64,000 bases of DNA from Malacoraja senta (taxonomy: Eukaryota). Below the pieces are notes generated by a model, which saw only the letters and a list, made by a program, of their open reading frames with translations, did not search any database and was not told the DNA's origin. Below are positions 25,072 to 37,195 of the stretch, piece by piece. Position 1 is the stretch's first letter. Each line of letters starts with the position of its first letter. The stretch covers positions 175,150,001 through 175,214,000 of the forward strand of contig CM075977.1 in assembly GCA_038087875.1 (NCBI GenBank), read 5' to 3'. The translations under genes and the position numbers were made by a program.

Positions 25072-28000
25072 AGTCTCCATTGTGACTCCATTGTCCGAGG
25101 AGCAGACAGGAGACGTGAGGATGGTCTGTGCCTCCCTGGTGCCACGGTTCAGGATCTCACGAGCCGAATTCAGAACAGAGAGAAGGTGAACAGCCAGCAG
25201 TAGTTGTGCACGTAGGCACAAACGACATCGGGAAGAAGAGGAAGGAGGTTCTCCAACATGAGTTCAGAGAGCTGGGAAGAAGATGGAAAGGCAGGACTTC
25301 TAGGGTGGTTATCTCTGGATTGCTTCCAGTACCTCGTGCTAGTGAGGACAGGAACAGGGAGATAGGGAATCTGAATGTGTGGCTGAGGGGCTGGTGCGGG
25401 GAGCAAGGATTTAGATTTATAGACCACTGGGATCTCTTCTGGGATAGGGGTCACCTGTACAAAAGGGACGGGTTACACCTTAACTGGAGGGGGACCGACA
25501 TTCTGGCAGGCAGGTTTGCTAGGGCTACACATGTGGGTTTAAACTAAATAGTGGGGGGAGGGATTGACACATTGGGAGTATAAAGATGGAGTTGAAGGGG
25601 AAGTGAGTACAGGAAAAATTACAAAAGATTCTCGAATTAATGGGAAGGAAAGTTCGAGAAGGGATAAAAGAGTAAGGTCTGGACCAATTGCGAGCGGTGC
25701 GAGGGGGGACGTGAATACGGAGGTCAAAGTGTTGTATATGAATGCGCGAAGTATAAGAAATAGACTGGATGAGCTTGAGCCTCAGTTAGAAATTGGCAAG
25801 TATGATGTTGTGGGAATTACAGAGACATGGCTGCAAGAGGGCCAGGGCTGGGAACTGAATATTCAAGGGCATACCTCCTATCGAAAAGACAGACAGGTGG
25901 GCAGAGGGGGTGGGGTAGCTCTGTTGGTGAGGAATGAAATTCAGTCCCTTGCAAGGGGTGACATTGAAACAGGAGATGTGGAGTCAATATGGATAGAACT
26001 AAGGAATTGTAAGGGTAAAAAGACCCTAATGGGACTAATCTACAGACCCCCAAACAGTAGCCTGGACATAGGGTGCAAGTTGAATCAGGAGTTAAGAGCT
26101 TGACTAATCTTCTGGAATTTTTTGAGGATATAACTAGGAAAATGGACAAGGGAGAGTCAGTGGATGTAGTGTACCTGGACTTTCAGAAAGCATTTGATAA
26201 GGTCCCACTAATCTACAGACTCCCAAACAGTAGCCTGGAGATAGGGTGCAAGTTGAATCAGGAGGAGCTGGCCAAAGTTGACTGGAAAGATACCCAAGCA
26301 GGGATGACAGTGGAACAAAAATGGCAGGTATTTTTAGGGATAATAGAGAAGGTGCAGGATCAGTTCATTCCTACGAGGAAGAAAGATTCCAAGGGAAGTA
26401 AGGGGCGACCGTGGTTGACAAGGGACGTCAGGGACAGTATAAAAATAAAAGAGAATAAGTACAACGTAGCAAAGATGAGCGGGAAGCAAAAGGATTGGGG
26501 TGTTTAAATGTTTAAAGAACAACAGAAAATAACTAAAAAGACAATACGGGGAGAAAAGATTAGGTACGAAGGTAAGCTAGCCAAGAATATAAAGGAGGAT
26601 AGTAAAAGCTTCTTTAGGTATGTGAAGAGGAAAAAATTAGGTAAGACCAAAGTTGGACCCTTGAAGACCAAAAAATGTGAATTTATTATGGGGAACAAGG
26701 AAATGGCAGATGGGTTGAACAGGTACTTTGGATCCGTCTTCACTAAGAAGGACACAAACAATCTTCCTGATATAGTAGTGGCCAGAGGATCTGGGATGAC
26801 GGAGGAACTGAAGGAAATCCACATTAGGCAGGAAATGGTGTTGGGTAGACTGATGGGACTGAAGGCTGATAAATCCCCAGGGCCTGATGGTCTGCATCCC
26901 AGGGTACTTAAGGAAGTGGCTCTAGAAATCATGGATGCATTGGTGATAATTTTCCAATGTTCTATAGACTCAGGATCAGTTCCTGTGAATTGGAGGGTAG
27001 CTAATGTTATCCCACTTTTTAAGAAAGGCGGGAGAGAGAAAACAGGGAATTATAGGCCAGTTAACCTGACATCGGTGGTGGGGAAGATGCTGGAGTCAAT
27101 TATAAAAGGTGAAATAGCCGCACATTTGGATAGCATTAACAGGATCCGTCCGAGTCAGCATGGATTTACGAAGGGGAAATCATGCTTGACTAATCTTCTG
27201 GAATTTTTTGAGGATATAACTAGGAAAATGGACAAGGGAGAGTCAGTGGATGTAGTGTACCTGGACTTTCAGAAAGCATTTGATAAGGTCTCACATAGAT
27301 TAGTGGGCAAAATTAGGGCACATGGTATTGGGGGTAGAGTGCTGACATGGATAGAAAATTAGTTGGCAGACAGGAAACAAAAAGTAGGGATTAACAGGTC
27401 CCTTTCAGAATAGCAGGCAGTGACTAGTGGGGTACCGCAAGGCTCGGTGCTGGGACCGCAGCTATTTACAATATACATCAATGATTTGGATGAAGGGATT
27501 CAAAGTAACATTAGCAAATTTGCAGATATCACAAAGCTGGGTGGCAGTGTGAACTGTGTGGAGGATGCTGTGAGAATGCAGGGTGACTTGGACAAGTTGG
27601 GGGAGTGGGCAGATGCATGGCAGATGAAGTTTAATGTGGATAAATGTGATATTATCCACTTTGGTATCAAAAACAGGAAGGCAGATTACTATCTAAATGG
27701 CGTCAAGTTGGGAAAAGGGGAAGTACAACGGGATCTGGGGGTCCTTGTTCATCAATCTATGAAAGTAAGCATGCAGGTACAGCAGGCAGTGAAGAAAGCG
27801 AATGGCATGTTGGCCTTTATAACAAGCGTCGTCAAATATAGGAGCAAAGAGGTCCTTCTGCAGTTGTACAGAGCCCTAGTGAGACCACACCTGGAGTATT
27901 GTGTGCAGTTTTGGTCCCCTAATTTGAGGAAGGACATTCTTGCTATTGAGGGAGTGCAGCGTTGGTTTACAAGGTTAATTCCAGGGATGGCAGGACTGTC

Positions 28001-28428
28001 ATATGCTGAGAGAATGGAGTGGCTGGGCTTGTACACTCTGGAGTTTAGAAGGATGAGAGGGAATCTTATTGAAACATATAAGATTGTTAAGGGTTTGGAC
28101 ACGCTAGAGGCAGGAAACATGTTCCCGATGTTGGGGGAGTCCAGAACCAGGGGCCACAGTTTAAGTATAAGGGGTAAGCCATTTAGAAAGGAGACGAGGA
28201 AACACTTTTTCTCACAGATAGTTGTGAGTCTCTGGAATTCTCTGCCTCAGAGGGCGGTGGAGGCCGGTTCTCTGGATACTTTCAAGAGAGAGCTAGATAG
28301 GGCTCTTAAAGATAGCGGAGTCAGGGGATATGGGGAGAAGGCAGGAACGGGGTACTGATTGGGGATGATCAGCCATGATCACATTGCTGGCTCGAAGGGC
28401 CGAATGGCCTACTCCTGCACCTATTGTC
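25072..28428 (+). mobile_element. Long CR1 LINE: ORF1 SGNH esterase, AP endonuclease, RT; rearranged and decayed
   Basis: VVVHVGTND...DGLHLN (esterase); YMNARS, GITETW, IYRPP (APE); KSPGPDG, QHGF, GVPQGSVLGP (RT). Confidence 0.96.
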
Positions 28429-29212
28429 TCCCATGAACAACTATGATCAGAGTTCTCATCATTTTATATATTTCTATCAAATCTCTCTTAAGCATTCCAT
28501 CCTCTGAAGAAATCAGGTTGCGTAATTATGAGACTTGAGAGAAGAATATTTAAGTGTCTGAATATTTGAGACCTCAAATCAACGTATTGCCTTCAGTCCA
28601 TTATCACGAGATTTTGAGGTTTGTGCATGAGATGGTTTTGGCTTTACAAAGTGCATGAAGGAATGCGGTTGGACCCCAATCTGGAGACACTCTGAGTTCC
28701 TGCAACCTTATGTGGCAGATAGAAAACAGCTGGTCGATGCAAGTTGTTTCTTTTCAGCTTCAATAATACCTTACCTTTGTATGCTCATGTTACCGGCTGT
28801 TTCTTGAACAGAGCATAACAATTATTTTCCTTTGGATTTATTTTCCAAATCTGATATTTTCTTTTGGAAGAGCAGAATGAGGGAGGAGGAGGGAGGGAGG
28901 GGGTATTTCGGGAGATTAGGAACAATACTCACTTTTTCCAGTAATCCCTCCAATTTAGAGGATCCTTGAGCTAATTTACAGCTCTCCCACTATGTGTTAC
29001 GGAGACACCCTTATTTAGTTTCAGTTGTTGGGATGCAAATCAAAAAGCCACTGATCAATACTGGAAAAAAAAGTTACCTGCATAGAATACCAGAAGCTAC
29101 AACCAACTAGAGACTCAAGAGACTGTAGATGTTGGAATCGTGAGCAAAAAATAAAGTCCTGGGGGAACTCAGCAGGTCATGCAGTGGAGGGTCAGGATTC
29201 TTCTTCAGTATG

Positions 29213-29226
29213 CCACCAGGGGGCGC
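29213..29226 (+). promoter_or_regulatory. CTCF consensus motif
   Basis: CCACCAGGGGGCGC, a match to the canonical core. Confidence 0.5.
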
Positions 29227-29968
29227 CGCACGATGGCAGCCTCGCCAACAGTCTGTATGTCTTTATTTTGTTATTTTTAGTGTGTTTTAAAAGTATGTAT
29301 TAATGTTCTCTGCTTTGTTTTATGTGGGGGGTGGGGGAGGGGGTCGGGGGAAACTTTCTTTTCAATCTGTTACCTAGCCGGAGATGCAATTGTTTTCTGG
29401 ATTGTATCTCTGGTCGCTCTGCGGCCTAACATCATGGAGCTGGGTCCTTGCTCGGGACTGACTTTGAGCACCACCGCGGAGACGTGGACTTACCATCAGA
29501 GCGATCCCTTGCCTGGTATCGACGCTCCAACCGCGGCCTGCGGATTTTACCATCGAGAAGCTCGCAGTCTCGGGTAGAGACCGATGTCGGGAAGCTCCAA
29601 ATGACGCAGAAGGTTTCGACCAGCCCCGACCGGGGTCAGATCGCCCGGCGCGGGGGAGCCGAGAACCCCCCCCCCGATGCAGGAGCTTGATCGCCCTGAC
29701 GCGGGGGCCCAAATGACGCCGGCTACGGGATACAAGGTTGCCCCGTCAACGGAAGGCTCGAGGCCCCCGACCATGGGAATACAAAGAAGAGATAAACTTT
29801 TTTTTGCCTTCCATCACTGTGAGGAATGTGGAGGACTCACTGTGGTGGATGTTTATGTTAAAATGTATTTTGTATGTTCTGTTGCTTTTTATTGGTATGA
29901 CTGTATGGTAAATGAAATTCCTTGAATGTTGCAAAACATACTTGGCTAATAAAGTATGATTATGATGA
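29213..29968 (+). mobile_element. About 750-bp non-coding retroposon with a Rex1/Babar-like 3' tail
   Basis: Homologous to 61597-62296 and 45360-45745; ends cttggctaataaa followed by (tatgat)n. Confidence 0.8.
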
Positions 29969-32218
29969 TGGGGGTGGGTATGATGGATCCTCCTATATAG
30001 GCCAAGTTGCAGCCAATTGTAAATTTTGGGACCCTCAGCCTTAATTGTTGCAAAGCAAATGTCTGAAAGGTGAAAACAATTCAAATTTAAACCAAATAAT
30101 GACATTACAAATGTGAAATAATTTGGATAGATCTGTAAGATTGAAAGTATACTATCTGGATAAAGCTCTTAAGTGAATGATTAAAGCATGCTGGATTTAT
30201 TACAAAGATATAATTTATTGCTGTACTGACTTTCATGATCCACATGCTCACAGCAACTTAAAATAGTCTAATACTCACACGTAAAATGAGGACTGATCAT
30301 CACCAGATGCAGAAGGAGATCTAGAATGTGAAAAGCATATGACGTAGGAACTTTTACACTAGTGTCACAAACCTTTTACTATTTTCATGAAAGTATTATA
30401 TTAAATATTGCATTTGTGATTCGTTGCTGGAAATAATGGAATGGCATGTATACAAAAATGTTATTTTTATCACTTTGTATGTTGCATCAAATGGCACAGA
30501 GGGTCTCCCTGTTGCCCATGTTATTTATGCTGACTTTCCAAAAGAGCCACCCAATTAGTCCAGCATGTTTCCCCTTTTATGTCTTTTATTTAAATGATTA
30601 GAGATTCTCCAACTGGTAAAAGCAATAGCCCCATTTGCAAGAGGTTTTCCTTCACATGAGAATAGAAACAAAGTAAGAGCAGCAGGCCATTAAGTCCGTC
30701 AACTCTGTTCCACCATTCAATAAAAATGCATGGTTGATCTGCATTTTAACTCTGCCTATTTTAGTTCCTTGTTCCATAACATACTTAGATGCAAAAATCA
30801 ATATCCTTTTCTTATGTTCTTCAAAGAATCAGAAATGTGTTTCTCCTCTCCTTGCAAAATTCTCAGTTACTGTAAAATGTACACTAATTCAGAATCCTAG
30901 ATATGCAGCTCTTCATTACTGGAAATGTGAAATGTAGACTTATTCTGCAATGACATTTTATATATGTGTGTATTTAATATAGAGACATTAGAGTGACAAA
31001 AATTATGTCCATTAAAATTATGTAAATTATTTAAAATATTCAACATTAAATTAATAAGAGGTGAACTAATTTCAATAATATATTAAATTAATGTGGTAGA
31101 TTAATTACCAATCAACTGGCAAAGTTACTGAGTTTTCTTTGAATGAAGTAAAATGTATGGAGTATTTATAGATCATTTTTTCACGATTCACTCGCTTGAT
31201 GGCATATGCAACGAAAAAAGAATCAAAGCTTTTGTACTGCACTGTTTGGATTATTAATCTACATTTAAATAAACAATTTGTAGATTGAAAAGATTCAAAA
31301 TCAAAATTTATTATGCGGTTGCATTCCAAACATTTTAACTAAACAGGAGGAATTTCAGACATTCACTTTTACAATGCTTTCAGGTCAAGCTCTCAAAAAT
31401 TCCTTTGATCAACAGTCTAAAATTGGCTCCCATTTATCCAAATAAAATAGTTGTTGAACATAACTATAAAGGCACAACGATTTTACAAAATTATCCTTGG
31501 ATCTGAGCTTTTAGCACAAAGCAGAAACTGTTACAGTCAATGTTTTAGTGCTTTGATCTAGAATGTGAAAACACCACAAAAGTCATAGCGACCCCAAAGC
31601 AAGTTGATCATTCTAGCAAGGGGCATCTATCTGCTCTGGAAACAATTACTTAAGAAACAAATTTTAAAATCCATAGAAAGGAGCAAAGGACTAGGCATAA
31701 AAAAAAAACTTATATGGAGAAGCGAACTTCAGATGTTGTTATGCCAAAAATAAAGTGTAGTCTGTCATGGTTCAATATTTCACCTTCATTAACTATATCA
31801 ACGTTTCTTTGAAATAAAATTTCAATGGACCACTAGTTTGCAATGACTCCAAGGAACTAACTTGGAAAAGGCTTGAAGAACTTATTCATTGTGAATGGTA
31901 ACTTCGTAAACATTGTATGGATTTAAACAGTTTCTTGGTGAATAATCTGTACTCATGGAGCATTTATTTTTATATGTTTACATATTTGTATAAAGTTTGC
32001 CAAAGGTCAATATTCCCAAGAAAATTAAGCTGACTTCAAAGTTTTTTTTAAATTAGAAAGCATTGTCTGAAATTTACTTTAATCAAAGGTTGTCCTTACA
32101 AATCGATGTTATGACATGAATCTATATTTAAAAAACAGAGAAAGTGGAAAGAGCCATAATATTAGAATTAGCAGAAACTGATGTTGATGATACAGAAAAG
32201 TGAATCTATACCATTAAT

Positions 32219-32429
32219 GGACACAAAAAGCTGGAGTAACTCAGCGTGACAGGCAGCATCTCTGGAGAGAAGGTTTTCGGGTGACGTTTTCAGTCGAGAC
32301 GGAAGAAGGGTATTGACATGAAAAGTCACCCATTCCTTCTCTCCAGAGATGCTGCCTATCCCGCTGACTTACTCTAGCTTTTTGTGTCTATCTTCAGTTT
32401 AATCCAGCATGTGCAGTTCCTTCCAACAC
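32219..32429. mobile_element. Fold-back Penelope terminal-repeat mini-element with 16-bp TSD
   Basis: aatctataccattaat at 32203-32218 and 32430-32445; inverted arms plus tail. Confidence 0.9.
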
Positions 32430-33145
32430 AATCTATACCATTAATTTGATTATTTTTTTTCAGACAGCATCCATGCACAATAATTGCCTACAATTTTTTA
32501 AATTTTAATTTAGTCTTTCAAAAACCATTGCAATTAATCTTTTTCATGTTGAATAAATATGTACATTCATTAAAGATTTTGTATCAGCATTCGTTGAGAC
32601 TTGGATAAGCATCTTCAGTTTAAACTAAATTTAAGAAAAGGGAAAATTTAAGCGTATCAAATTTCAGGCAATCCAAATTGAAAATGATTACATTCTTCTA
32701 TTTCTCTAGCAAAATCTAATTCTAAATTTGAAACGTGCAGCTTTTTGCTAATTTGCTTTACAAATTGTCTTGAAAACATGAAGGGATCTTGATTGCCATT
32801 TTTATGCCTCAGAACTAACTATGCCTCACAATAACATTTTGAAAGACTTAAATGACATGGTGAGGCGTAAAGCAAGGGGGGAAAATGGTGATAACAGTGA
32901 GAAAAGGGGTAGGATTACCAAAAAAAATTGTATTTAAATGTTATTTATTTAAATTATGTACGACAAAGGTTTTTGCGCAATTAGACATACCACATACTGG
33001 CTTTGACAAAGTTCTTTGACCCTGATCTCTCCACAAGAGGCAATAACATTTTACTTTATCCCCAGAACAGACATTATTACTTTATTATGTTTATGGTCCC
33101 CTATTATTTACTTTATGCATGAGTAATCACGTAACTGTTACTTAC

Positions 33146-33344
33146 ATTATATCTGGTCCAATTAAAGAATGTCTTCGTAGTAATGCACGGGACTGTGCAT
33201 TGGTAAGATCTGTCGTGGGTTCCCCATTCATTGCTAAGATGCAGTCACCTACCCCAATTCGGCCATCATGACTAATGGAGCCGCCGTGAATAATGTTACG
33301 CACTATCATTCCTGAGCCATCCTTACTGGAACTCACGGTCATTC
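33146..33344 (-). CDS. MPDZ: MPDZ coding exon (PDZ6), 199 nt, phase 1-2
   Basis: atacag|GA ... AT|gtaagt; MTVSSSKDGSGMIVRNIIHGGSISHDGRIGVGDCIL...LRRHSLIGPDI. Confidence 0.96.
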
Positions 33345-33611
33345 CTGTATAATTACCAACATATTTTGATGAAAATATTTCACACAAATGACAAAATAAA
33401 AATACAGAACAAAATGAAAACATTCAATTAAACGCTATCTATTTATTCTGACATACATTCATAATATATAGTTAGTGTTTCTCCAAAGCACTTAAATATC
33501 TAATCAGCAGCTACTGCATTTCAATTAAAATTCTAGCTGAATCTTGCTGGGCTGCAGTCAGAGATTTCAATTGTCTAACGATCAAAATTCAATAAAGGTC
33601 GGACTTTGAAG

Positions 33612-34930
33612 CAGTTAGTTTTGTTTAATGTCACGTGTACCGAGGTACAGTAAAAGGCTTTGTTGAGTGCTAAGCTGTCAGCAGAAAAACAATACGTGAT
33701 TACAATCGATCCATTTACAGTGTATAGATACATGATAAGGGAATAATGTTTAGTGTAGGTATGTTACAATACTTACCTTCACCGACGCTGTAATTCTGCC
33801 ACTGGCCGTGTGCGCGATTTTGGCGCCTTTAAGGGGGGGGGAGGGCTTAAAACGCGGGTTTCTCCTACCTTGTCCTGAATTACATTTCGTTGGAGTACAA
33901 GCGTTTGCTGAAAAATCGTTCCTAGGGGCATTTTGTGAATTTTTTATTTTTATTAAATCGACAATGTCAGCGCTGGAGTCACTTTAGAATCAGCTCCTGA
34001 AGCCGTCAACGCCGATAACGGGGACGGATTTCACGTACGGGACAGGTAAACGAAAGTGGTTTATTTAAATGTATAAAAGTGCTTCTTAAGAAGCCTTTAA
34101 TTCACATTTTTTCTTGCGAAACGGTGATTTTATTCCCCGAACTAACGGCAGTATTTTTCATGCCAATACGGGGTTAAATTCACCGCAAATGAACGTTCCA
34201 AAAGATCGCGTTCCAGAAATCCTCACTCACAAGATGATTTAAATGCCCATTAATTTACAGGTATTAAACATTCAATTCCTTCCATTTGGCCTGTAAATTC
34301 ATGACAATGAGATTTAAAAATTATGTTATATTGTGAATTCTTGTGTGAATGTTATTTGGACACAGGCTATTTAAAAATGTTAATCTATTCTTAAGAAATT
34401 GATAGATGTTTAGATCTAGTAATTGAATTTTGTAATTAGCTACAATTAGGTAACTAACTAATTATATGCTTTAATTTCATGTCTTCTTCGTAAGATTGTT
34501 TCATATTTGTTTCAGAATGCTTCAATCTATAATAACTGAAAATGTCTTTCAGTTCTCTTAATTTTTAAGGAAGTTATGGGCTTTTAACTGTCCTCGATCA
34601 CAGCTTTTGTGTTAAGTCAATGGAAAAGCAATAGGGAACAAGATGCTAATTTCCGAGTATGAAAATGGCCATAACATTTTTAATACTGAAGATATGAAAG
34701 TGAATTAGGTGTCAAATTAAACTTCTTTTTATGCTTTATCTGATGGGATAAATTGCAGACTTTATTTTTAAAATCTCAAAATTTTGTAACATTACTATTT
34801 AGTGCAAGGTAAAGCCAGCAAAGTCCGATCAAGGATAGTCCGAGGGTCACCAAAGAGGTAGATAGTAGTTCACCACTGCTCTCTGGTTGTGGTAGGATGA
34901 TTCAGTTGCCTGATAACAGCTGGGAAGAAA
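33612..34930 (-). mobile_element. LINE 3' UTR fragment (Rex/Babar-like tail) split by a DNA element
   Basis: Minus strand tactgtacctcggtacacgtgacattaaac tail; the sequence resumes after the insertion at 34798. Confidence 0.6.
33756..34797. mobile_element. Non-autonomous DNA transposon, 14-bp imperfect TIR, 7-bp TSD
   Basis: tttagtg|TAGGTATGTTACAA ... TTGTAACATTACTA|tttagtg. Confidence 0.82.
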
Positions 34931-36339
34931 CCATTGCAGTTGTTTTTTCTGATTTTTTTATTTTCTCTCTTTCTCACCTTTCTTAAATGGAGTAAGCATA
35001 ATTTTCTAACCTGAAGGATTTGGAAGTTTAAGGTTAAAACTGCTTTATCATTCGTATTCATTTCCTTTAAAATCCTGGAATGAAATCCATCTAGTCCAGG
35101 GAATTTGCCACTTCTTATTTTCTTGTTATTTCACTAACATTAATTTTGGTGAGTCTCTGTTAATGTTAAGCTTGTTAAGGATATCATCTATTGTATTGTC
35201 GGTTCTTGTCTCTCGGGAATTAACTTCTAAACAGCTTCCATTGCTCATCTGTGATTCTGCCTGTAGGAAGAAATTGGCCAATGTACCCAAGGCAGCCTGC
35301 TAAGCATCATAAGCATCAACTTTACTCGTATCTAGAATGTTATGCCTCATTTTCAAGCAATGGTTTGCATAATGATATTATGATGGCTAATCAGATAATG
35401 GCCATGCACTTTATGTTAATGCACATTATCCAATACAAAATCTAATATGACCTGTTTTTGTCACATGCTACAGAAAACATCCACGTGAAAGCTAAACTTC
35501 CCATTAAAACCATGTTACTTTTGGTACGTGCTTGTCTAATTTATGCACTGTGCAACTTCACAGCTCTTATCAGGATCCATCACACGAAACTGCCCAAATT
35601 CCGTAAGCTGCCCAATGCTGTAGTTGACATTTAACCTAATGTCGTACTCAAGAGAGAGAACTCTCTGCTGTTTCTTCTCATTATATCCTCTTTTACCAAT
35701 GGAATGTTTTCAGGCTTCATCTTGAAGGTCTGGCTATTCTCCCACTACAATTCCTCCCATTTTCCCCAGAACCCAGTGTAAACTTCCAAAGTCTAAGAGT
35801 CACTGTAATTATAAATTGCAGTGTCTAAAACAATCTTTGGCTGTTTAAATTCTTAATTCGTTCAGAAACTAATACCAATGCCATCTTTTATCCTGTCCCA
35901 CCAGCCTCTCTCCCCACAACCCAAGTTCTCAAATCTCATTTACCAGTTTAAAAGATGTGCAACCACCCTATCTATTTATTTTGCTACGGCCTTGATATAT
36001 CCTGGTTCAGATAGTACCTCATCCAATAGCACTTTTACATCCTGCACAATCCACTTATCTCATGAAATGAAGCTGCTTCAGCCTCTTGAGTTTCTCCCTA
36101 ATCTTCTGTTCCTTAATCAAATTTACACTTGGCTCATGCAAATAATCCAGAGATTATATCCGGAAGTTCTGAATTTCAAATTAACTCCTGGCATTTGATA
36201 TTTTCTAAACAGCAACTCACTTCTATCTTTTTGGTCCGAATATGGATAGCAACACTGCGTCTCCCTCTCCTGTCTTTTCAGATAAACTCACGATATTCCT
36301 CATTCTGCAGCAGAGCAGCATTTCAGATTATCAGAGTCT

Positions 36340-36720
36340 GGGAGGACACCTAAACAGAGTTTACAAACTTTTGAGAGGCAAAGATAGGGTATGCAGAAAT
36401 TTCCCCCCAGGATGGACATGTGAAATATAAGAGAGCATAGCTATAAGTTCAGAGGGGGAAAGTTCAAAAGGGCACGTGTGGGGCAAGTTTTTTTAAATGC
36501 CGAGAGTGGTAGGTATCTGTAACATTCAGCCAAGGCCGGTGGTGGAAGCGGATACGACAGTGTTGTTTAAGAGGCTTTTAGATGGATAAATGGATATGCA
36601 GGGAATGGAGGGACATGGCTAATGTGAAGACAGATGGGATTAAATAGTTTAAATAGGCATCATGTTCGGCACTAACATCGTGGGCCAAAGGTCAAATTCC
36701 TCTACATTCTGAACTATGCA
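36340..36720 (+). mobile_element. Old CR1 3' fragment
   Basis: gagagtggtaggt...gtggaagcggatacg...tttaagaggcttttagat and the 3' UTR motif gtgggccaaagg. Confidence 0.75.
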
Positions 36721-36939
36721 TACATTTAATGTGTGCATTACGATATTTAAAATTTAAATAACCCTCCACATCGCAACATCCACAAAAAAATACTGTGCTT
36801 TGCCTTCTTCCTCAGATGTATTTTTTATTTGCCAATTTGAGAGTACATCAATGGTAAAGTGTTGGTGCAGGATGCAGTTATATACAGTAGATGGCGGCAA
36901 AATACATGCAATTAAACAGATATGTATATTTTTTTACTG

Positions 36940-37195
36940 CAGGAGACCCCTGCGTTGCAACCTTTAGAGAAATTTGCCTTTAGAGAATTAACTAATCATC
37001 ACGCAAATATTTGATATATGGAATAAAATTTACTCTTGCAGAAAGTGTGTAAGAAAAGTAATAAGCCAATACAAAGCGTATTTTCTTCTTAATGCACAAA
37101 ATAGATGACACGATTTGCAGAAAATCACAATACGGCCTGTTTGTTAGGAAAATACCCCCTCATACCTGTCCCTGCTATTCTGCAGGGGTCACCTG
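36940..37195. mobile_element. Old Tigger/pogo-like MITE
   Basis: CAGGAGACCCCTGC ... GCAGGGGTCACCTG|TA imperfect TIRs. Confidence 0.55.

Noticed and set aside
20057-28120. Many minus-strand ORFs (MPPKWITSHLS..., ..QNCTQYSRCGLT..)
   Set aside because: Antisense shadows of CR1 RT sequence, repeated in each copy
29374-29925. ORFs within the 750-bp retroposon (also 61597-62277)
   Set aside because: Reading frames are not conserved between copies and have no recognisable domain
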